Positions 54,291 through 64,000 of a DNA stretch of 64,000 nucleotides are shown here, piece by piece. This DNA comes from the human T2T-CHM13v2.0 reference genome, Homo sapiens. The stretch lies in NCBI RefSeq assembly GCF_009914755.1, contig NC_060942.1. One strand, given 5' to 3'. The notes under the pieces were generated by a model, which did not search any database, was not told the DNA's origin, and saw only the letters and a program-made list of their open reading frames with translations. The stretch's first letter is position 1. Each line of letters opens with the position of its first letter. Both the position numbers and the translations under genes were made by a program.

Positions 54291-56025
54291 CTGGAAAGAC
54301 AACGAGTGATATAAATCATAGACAAGTCATGATAGGCGCCTCCATCGTGCTTCAGTGCTTGCATTCATTCTTGTGCTATTTTATTACTTTTACCAAACAA
54401 AACACAGCTCCTTGACATCACATGAACCTATGCCTAATGAGAATCAGTTAGTAAAATGCCCGTGACTAGTAATCTTCACCTATGCAATTAAACATTCATT
54501 CATAAAATAGTTCAAATGTAAGCGAATGTGTTGAATGAAAAGTACATTAATACATTAATTAGAAAAAACATTCTATTAAAAAGAAATTATTTGTATGATA
54601 AAAGAGATCACCATTTTTGTACTTTTTCACAAACTTACAGAAAACTAAGTCAGCTTACACAGGTGAATCTTAAAAACCTCTAACCCAGAATGTAAAGTAC
54701 ATCGGCCAAAAATGCTAACCTAACGCATTTCAATACTACAGGATTCATGTAGGTAGAACTAACCGAATAAAATACTGGTAGTCAGTATAATCCTATCTGT
54801 GGTTCCTGGGGTCCAGGGAGAATGAGTTTGTCACCTTCCCACCTCCCATGAGCCAGTGTTTTTTCTGTGAATAATAAAAACAGCAGGATTTACTTGCCTG
54901 TCCAGAAAAGGTCATCACTTCTGTGTGTTCTCCTGAAACAGGTGGTGGCTGGGTGAAAAGGCGGACAGCATTAGGGCTGGAGATGGAGGCTCCAGAATCT
55001 TGGATGAGCTTCTGAAACCTCTGCAACTTCCAGCCACTAAATGGAATGAGCCACGGAAAGCTTTAGCCCAATGCCCAGAACAAGATCAGGGTTTAGTGCA
55101 TGGCACTGCTCTCCTTGTAGTTCTGTCATCAGCCGCCACACATCCATCAGGAACACACATCCTGAGTTACTCTATTTATAATAAGCACAAACTAAAAGAG
55201 AGCGAACTCTGGCACACAAAGTTGTAGTGGCTAGCTTTGGAAAGGAGGAGATACAAGGACAGTTTTGGGGTGCAGGTAACTTCTAGTTTTTGACCCGACT
55301 TGTAGTTCCATGGGTGCTCACTTTGTGATAAGTTACAGAGCTGTGTATTTAGGTTTCATGTGTTTTCTGTATGTATGTTGTACTTTAGATTTTTAAATGT
55401 TTCACAAAATACTATGACAGTATATGGTCTATTGAAAATGTGGAAGGAGAAAAAGACTCTGTGGTCCATTCTGTCACTTGCCAGCCCCTGGCTTCAGGCC
55501 CAGATGGCTCTAGGTGTCCTGGGTTGACTGAACTCTTGCAGCAGCCTCTTGGAATGAGCACCTTCCCCCACTCTGTCCTTTGGTAACATGGGCCCATCCC
55601 TAATGGCTGCGTTTGATAAACTCATCTGTGTTAGTGTGTGGATGACTCATCTGTTACCTCCTTCATGTGATGTATATAGGGACATCTGGATGGTGCATTC
55701 ACCTGTCAGAGCAGGTGAGAATTGCATCCCTCATGAAAAACATGAATGAAGTTTTGTGAATATGTGGTTAAACGTCGGGAGTGTCAGCAAAAGTCAGGTA
55801 CAATTAGAGACACATAAAAGGAAGAAAAACAATTTCATTTAAAAATTGGGCCTTAGTTTTTGTAGGTGGAAAGAGATAAAATTAACCTAAATGTCTTCTC
55901 CTGTCTCTAGCACTCTAGCACTCTGATTAGTTTCACTGGAACCAACCACTGGAGCCTCTAATCTGCTTCTCCATCCGCACTTCTCCAAGAGCATTCTAGG
56001 CAGAGCCCAGGGGGCCCTCGGCAAC

Positions 56026-56173
56026 CCCCTGTGAGGAGGAGCTCGGTCTCTCTCTCTCTCTCTCTGACACCTGCTTCTGGACCTTGGTGTGGAAGTCCAT
56101 GGAGAAGGGGTGCTGCCACTACTGAGGCTGGAGGTCAGAGGCTCATCAGAGAGGCTACCCTGACCTCCTAGTC
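56026..56173 (-). pseudogene. SLC5A4-like pseudo-exon 11 (block B)
   Basis: ccccag|GA; VASLMS/LTSSLSSGST/FSMDFHTKVQKQVSE..ELLLTG resembles [33 protein letters not shown].IAG. Confidence 0.8.
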
Positions 56174-56835
56174 CTGGGGCCAGCAGAGGGTGCAAGCACT
56201 GGCTAGTGGCTGGGTGCTATGACCCATGAGGCATACATAGAAACCAAGTCAGCATTTTGTTGATCTCCCAAAAAGGCTTCGATTTTCTTCACTATTCATA
56301 ATAATGGCAGAAAATTCATTTTAGGAATATTTTCAATAATTATTGTCACCTGACGAGTAAATTAAACTACTACAAACAATCTGATTACAGAGCAGTGAAA
56401 GTCAATTCAGTTCTCCAGCTGTCTCAGGGGGACCACGAAGTGGCAGTGCATATTCGAATACCTACTCAGGCAGAAATGTCACCAAATACAGCCAGTGCAT
56501 CTTATCCAATTCCCATTTACCTCATTCTACCTCAGCCTCCAGTACCCTCTCCATACTCTATGGACTTCCTCCAGTCCAAGCCACTCACCAAAATGGGACA
56601 CCCAGACCCAAATGACTCCAAAAATCCAGCAGGGAGGTTGAAGAGCGAGGTGAGCAGAGCAGCAAACACACCAAATATCCCTGCCTCTGACCACTGCACA
56701 AGCACTTCTGTCCCTCTGGCCTTCTGTTTTTACCTCCAGACATAATGGATTTCTAGTTTTTCATGTTTCTCTACACCTTAGAAACATTCCTCAGAATTCA
56801 TAGCCTGAAAGGGATGTCCTCAGTTCATGGCTTGC

Positions 56836-56970
56836 CTGTGTACAGAATGGGGCTGATCTTCCCTGGCCTCCCTGTGAGAAACATGGGCAGTAGCTTCAGG
56901 AACTCCCCCAGGATGCAGGCGGCCTTCATGTGCGACTCCTCCATGTCTCATAGGCAGTGCTGTACAATAC
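56836..56970 (-). pseudogene. SLC5A4-like pseudo-exon 9 (block B)
   Basis: caag|GT...ACACAG|gcaag; [43 protein letters not shown] resembles VIVQRCL...[31 protein letters not shown]. Confidence 0.85.
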
Positions 56971-58216
56971 CTTGCCAGGAACACACAACATACTCATGAA
57001 ACCACCAACCACAGGAGATTTTAAAGGTGAGTGTCTCTACCAAGTGTTTACCAATACAGTAAGAAATGATGTCATGGCTGCTGGAAAACAATGGGCTTTG
57101 GCATAAAACATGGACTTAACTCCCTGGTCCTCTTAGATGAGTGTTTCACCTCTAGAGTGTCAGATTTCTCATCTCTAAAGCAGGGTTGTCTCTTGCAATC
57201 CTAGAGGAAAACCAGAGGTTAATCTTCCTCAGGAGCACAGACGCAATAAACAGAGTAGAAAGTACTGATCCTTAAGTCAATTTGAAGAATCAAAACCAAA
57301 CCAAAGAAAACAAGGCAATCAATGTATTGTGCAAGATGACATGGCATATTGTGAAACCTTTTCAGTGGTTTTAAAATATTAGGGGAAAAACAAGCTCTGG
57401 GAGTGGCTACTGGAGAAATTTTCATGAAAGATGTCATGCTAAAACAAAATATTAAAGAATAGACAACTTTTTTTCCCTCTTGTGTAGGTGGTGGAAATAT
57501 TCTAGTAAGCTTGTTATGAAGTGCAGGAGCCCGCCTGCCTGATTGAGCTGGAGGGGGTGTTGGGGGATAGCAATCCACAGTGTTGGAGAAAGTGGGCTTG
57601 ATGCTTATCACAATCAAGGTCAACTTATGAACACTTTAATATGTGACTAGAAAGAACAGGAGAGTCTGTAATGCATTACCACCTCAGGAGTTGGCACTGA
57701 GTTCCATGGTTGGATGATGGGTGGATGGACAGACAGATGGACCGGTGGATAAATAAGTAGACTTGACATGAGTCAAGTGTTCTTGGCTTCTGGGAAGAAA
57801 ATTTTTTAAAGTTTCCATTTTCTACAAATCTAAACAGCTTCCTCTGTAGCTGAATTTAGTAGCATTTAAAAATCATTAAACCAAGACAGAGCTCCTACAT
57901 ATAAACCAAATGCAGGCCAGATATTACCTACATTGCACTACAGCAGAAGCAGGATTGGACCCTGGCTGTCTGACACAAACACCTGTGTTCTTCTGCACTG
58001 TGCCATGGGAGACAAAAACATTTCATAAGAAATAGAGACTAGAATATGTATGTGCTATGTATTTACACACATAGATGACAATCAGGAATTAAGGCTAACC
58101 ACATCTGGGCTTTGAGTCATATAAATAGGTTGGGAAAGATGCATTTTACTACCCTATTGAAAGAGACCATTGATTTCTCACTCCAGCAGGAAAAATGTTT
58201 TTCAGTATTCACTTAT

Positions 58217-58393
58217 CTGCTCATTGGCTCTTTTACTATAGACCAGGAGATGGATAGCCCGAAAATAGCCCCAATTGGAGGCCCAAGGTCATGAGCAATT
58301 GACTCAATGTAATGGAAGAGTGGAGCACTCGGAGATACCTGTACTAATGGGACCCACATGATGTGGGTGAGAACTATTAGGATGAGAAATAAC
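58217..58393 (-). pseudogene. SLC5A4-like pseudo-exon 12 (block A)
   Basis: ttcccag|G; LFLILIVLTHIMWVPLVQVSPSAPLFHYIESIAHDLGPPIGAIFGLSI../KRANEQ; donor mutated to ataagt. Confidence 0.88.
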
Positions 58394-59559
58394 CTGGGAA
58401 TGTAATTAAATATTCAAATATTAAACAGAACACAATTGAAATCTCCATTGTGCTTTAGTTTTTGAAGTGATTCTTGCAGTCATCATTGCCTTTCCCAAAC
58501 AAAGCAAGCTACTTGATATCACATGAACCTGTGCCATGAGGAATGATGATCAGTTTGTAAAATGCCAAAAAAGCTATTGTTTGCCTACATTAGTCACAAT
58601 ATTTTATCTACGTATTTCAATTTTTATCTAGGTATTTCAATTCAACACATGTAAATACAGTTCAAATGTCAGAAATTATCTAGTACATATTTGTAATATA
58701 TCAATGAGCAATAACCACCACACTACTTCTCTTAAGAATCATTTGATGAAAAAAGCAGACTCCCATTCTTGGATTTTTCTCAGTTTACACACATTACTTA
58801 CTATGACAGCCCCATGTCCACCAGACATGTGCCCAGGAGAAGAACAGAACTGTAAGCTTTTCTTATTAACTTAATTTCTAAATGTATTACATATTTATGG
58901 TTAGAAATTATTCTAAATATCTGAAAGGGTTTGAAAGGAAGTTTCCCTTCCACTCTGAACTCCCAAACACCAAGTTAGCATTTTTGTTTGCATATCATCC
59001 CTGCACTGTATCTGCAAATACAAACAAGCACCAGGAACGCATGCTTCTGCATGATTATATTTAAACAAAGTCTTCTGTAGCTCTGCATATATCACTGGTC
59101 AATGCATCTTAGCTACCATTCTGCATTTCAAATGTAAATCCATTTCATTATTTAAGAGCTATAAAGTAATCTTGCTATTGAAACCATGCTGCAGTGAACA
59201 GCTTTTTCTGCATCGCTCCTGGCACTCATGCATGATTGTATCTGGTGAAGCATTCCTGGAAGTAGGATGGCTAGAAAGTTACACTATCTTTAACCTTGGC
59301 AGAACCAAACTGCCTCCTGAAGAGGTCATGTGAGTCAACAACCCCCTGGCCATAATTTTGGCTTTGTGTTTCACTCTAAGTTTAATTCATGTGACATGAG
59401 TCCTAAAGGCACTGACAAATGAGTATTGCAGGATAAGGGGCACAGCTGAAATCATAATTTTACTACTTCACAAATTTCAATAGTTTAGTTTCCTCCGTTT
59501 GTAAATGTTAAAAGGAAGCATTACAGAAAGATTACAATTCAAAATGATTGATATATTAA

Positions 59560-60578
<1,019 letters not shown>

Positions 60579-61622
60579 TTAATGTTTGTAAATGGAAAAT
60601 GTGTGCATTGCTCAGGAAAAAGTAAGCTACCACCACTTATCTGTTCGAGATGCCTGATGGTGTGCTGAATTTGATTACGAAAATTAACATAATTAGAATA
60701 AGATGAAGTTTCTTTTCTTTGTTACATTTTAAAAATAAAAGGCTATTCAAATGAAAGACTAACCAGAGTAATTCAACTCTTAATGAGAGATAAAACTAAA
60801 ACTTGACAAGGATTTGGAGAAATGGCTACTCTCGTAGGCTGTTAAAGGAGCATAATTTAATGTAACCATTTAGGAAAAAGTTTGGTGTTATTAATGAAAA
60901 TAAAAGATATGCACCCTTCTCACAATCTTCTCAACAGAAATGGGTGCCTGTATTATTCAAAAACATTGACAAAAATGCTCAAAGCAGCATTATTTGTGAT
61001 AACCAAAATTATAAAAAAAATCCTCATATCCATCAATAGTAGTGGATAAATTACAACATGTGACCGCAGTGGAATACTATACGGTGAGGAAACGAAAGGG
61101 CTATGGTTATGCTTAACTACCTGACTGAATCTCTAAAACAACGTGAGCAAAGAAGCCAGACACCAAGCAATACATATTGACTTCTTCTATGCATAATTAT
61201 GCAAACCTGGAGAAGTCTAAACAGGGCATTAGAAGTCACAGCAGTCACCTTCAGAAGGGACCCAAAGGTGGCTAGTGGGTCTGGAATACTGACCTGACTA
61301 GGGGTGCATGGGTGCTCATTTTGTGAGGAATCACTGAGCTGTACATTCGTGTTTTCCCTGCTTTCTATACGTGTGTTAAAATTTAATTTTGAGATGTTTT
61401 GCAAATTCCTGTGACAACATAGGTCTATTTGAAAATTGTGAACGGAAAATGAGAAAATGTCAAACATCCTTTTTGGCTGCTGCCTTTCACCCCACTGCCT
61501 TCAGGGACCCTTGGCCTGACCTGACAAAGTACCCTCTTGAAATTAGTCCCTTCTGAGTCTGTCCTTGTCCATCATGTCCAAACTCACTGAATGCCATTGG
61601 TAAACACTGTAGTAATGTGTTA

Positions 61623-62159
<537 letters not shown>

Positions 62160-62353
62160 TTAATTGGGGTTAAAGGTATAACCCCAATTTTTGTATCTGG
62201 GAAGAGAAAAGGTTGAATTAAATGTTCTCTGCTATCCTTCCCCACTCTAAAACTCTGTGGATAATTCCAGTGGAACCCCATTGAGGGGTTCCAATTCACT
62301 TTTGTCTGCACTTTTTGCAGAGAAATCTCAGGGAGAAAGCAGGGCTGTCTTAC

Positions 62354-62494
62354 CTTCCACCTCTAAGGAGTTCTCTTGTGCTCTTTTACTCCAGTGTTGG
62401 CTCCAGGACCTTGGGTAGAGGGTGCTGGTGATATGAGGTGGTCCAGGAGCTCATGAGGAAAAGCAAATGATAGGCAGCATCAGAACTCAGAGTT
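62354..62494 (-). pseudogene. SLC5A4-like pseudo-exon 11 (block A), heavily decayed
   Basis: gacccag|AA L*VLMLPII..LMSSWTT..STL...ELLRGG|gtaaga; acceptor context matches the block B exon 11. Confidence 0.7.
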
Positions 62495-64000
62495 CTGGGT
62501 CCAGTGGAGCCCTCGGGCTGCCTCAAGGGAGGCCACTTAGTTTTCTATTTCCCTATGTAAAATAAGACTCCTCCAAAAATAAAACTGTCACCTGTAGCAC
62601 TAAGTTACGTGCTATCACACGAGATCATGTGGAACTTCCTGCGTATTTCTTGTTGATCCAAGAAGTCTAGATTTTAAGTTCTAAATATCAACTTAGAGGA
62701 CAACTACTGAAGCCTAATTTTGGAGGAGAGGAAAGAGTGCAGGGCCACCTTTCTTTAGGGAGAAACTCTGGGCTTCCTGAGAAGTTAGAGAACTGGGGAA
62801 AATGAAACCACAGCCCAGAGCCTGCGATAGGGGTGGGGAGTGGAGGCTGGAGCTGTGCTCAAGGTCAGGCTTCTCCTCTCCCCTCCCAGGGCACTGGAGC
62901 TCCAGCAGTGAACCCAGAGTGAATATTCGCTCTGTCATCCACCCTGGGCAATCCCTTTAAACCAGGAGTCAACAGCGAGGACAGAAACATGAATGTGCTT
63001 TTAAAAGTCCTAAAAGTTCAGAGGATGATCATCAAGGTTTCCTACAGCCCTGGGCAAACCCTAGGAGTACTTTGTCTCCAGGTTCAAGCATGTGCCTGTG
63101 AGAGGCGTGGCCCTCACCTTCCCTCCACCACAGGTTGAGGGAACCCTAAACCTCTTTTGCACAATATCAAGGAGTGCTGACTAATCCAACGCAGAAGCTG
63201 TGATGTTTGGCAGATGCAGAGGCAGAAAAGGTGTTTTGGGAAAGATCATCTTTAAACAACACGGCACCCTCATAGCCCATAGAGACAGTTCTCACCACTA
63301 CGCCAATAAACTTGGAAAAGACCAAACCAAACTTTACACATATTTCCTTTTTCTTTTTGATTCTATGCCCCCTCCCTCAGCCTCCCAAGCAGCAGGAATA
63401 CCCTGAAGGGCCCTGGGAACCCTTGCCCACTGAGTCCCACCTGGAAAGCACTTCCCTAGCTGGAGAGTCCTCCTCATCAGTTATGCTCTCCAGCACCCAC
63501 ACTGGAGAAACACAAACAACAGGAGAAGTCATTTGAGAGAGGCTACCCACTCCTACTCCCGCTGAAGCCCCACTGCTTCACACAGGATTCCCTGGTCTTT
63601 CCTCTGGGTTCACAGATATTCCTGCAGCCTCTCTGGCCATAGCTTTCTACTGGAAAGTCATTTGCTCTCACCAGGCCCGTAATGCTCCTTCCCAAAGGAA
63701 CCCAGAATCAGGTTTCCGTACACTAGATCCAGCAAGTTTGTTCCTCAGGAAGTGAGCCATTTCAGGGTAAATACTCCCCTCTGAGGTTGATGGCATCTGC
63801 AATTATAGAACACATTAGGAGGATTAGATGATGCCACGCATGTCACACATATCTGTTATTCTCTTGGCAACTTTAGAAAATTGTAAGTATAGTGGTAGAG
63901 TCAAAGGTCAAAGTCCCCCAAAACTAGCACAAAGTACACCTACAGAAAAGACAAGAACTTTTCCAACAGAATTTACCTTTAAGGTTTATTTAGATGGGCA

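Noticed and set aside
57219-57623. 134-aa minus-strand ORF inside the SLC5A region
   Set aside because: No recognisable family motif; likely a chance ORF
62272-62294. Hairpin tggaacccc-attga-ggggttcca
   Set aside because: A 9-bp stem is plausible by chance in 64 kb and has no supporting context
63665-63830. Possible SLC5A exon-8-like remnant (tcccaaag..gaacccag..aggtttcc..gatc; DLVYGNL..FG..SITGL)
   Set aside because: Similarity is weak, there is no WYWC motif or clear splice sites, and no exon 9/10 was found between it and exon 11A; needs tblastn

Overview
Human genomic DNA (an AluYb8 insertion marks it as human), dominated by interspersed repeats, with no intact protein-coding gene that I can support. 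Main items: (1) a full-length but inactivated L1PA2-like element (8.8-14.9 kb, minus strand) with a target-site duplication; (2) a 3'-truncated Harlequin/HERV-E-type provirus with its 5' LTR2 and tRNA-Glu PBS, plus a divergently oriented solo LTR2; (3) a processed MIX23 (CCDC58) pseudogene inserted into the middle of an Alu; (4) six decayed, intron-flanked exons at 52.9-62.5 kb (minus strand) of an SLC5A4/SGLT3-like sodium-glucose cotransporter/sensor gene, largely invisible in the ORF track. These exons form two anciently duplicated, head-to-tail blocks (exons 11-12, then 9-11-12-13), and both copies carry the SGLT3-type Glu at the SGLT1-Q457-equivalent position. Also present: an isolated CpG-rich exon-like island (25.3-25.6 kb), a GC-box 22-mer VNTR (43.7 kb) and a ~780-bp local duplication broken inside an Alu. 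Family assignments come from recalled consensus and protein sequences, not database searches; repeat boundaries are approximate.
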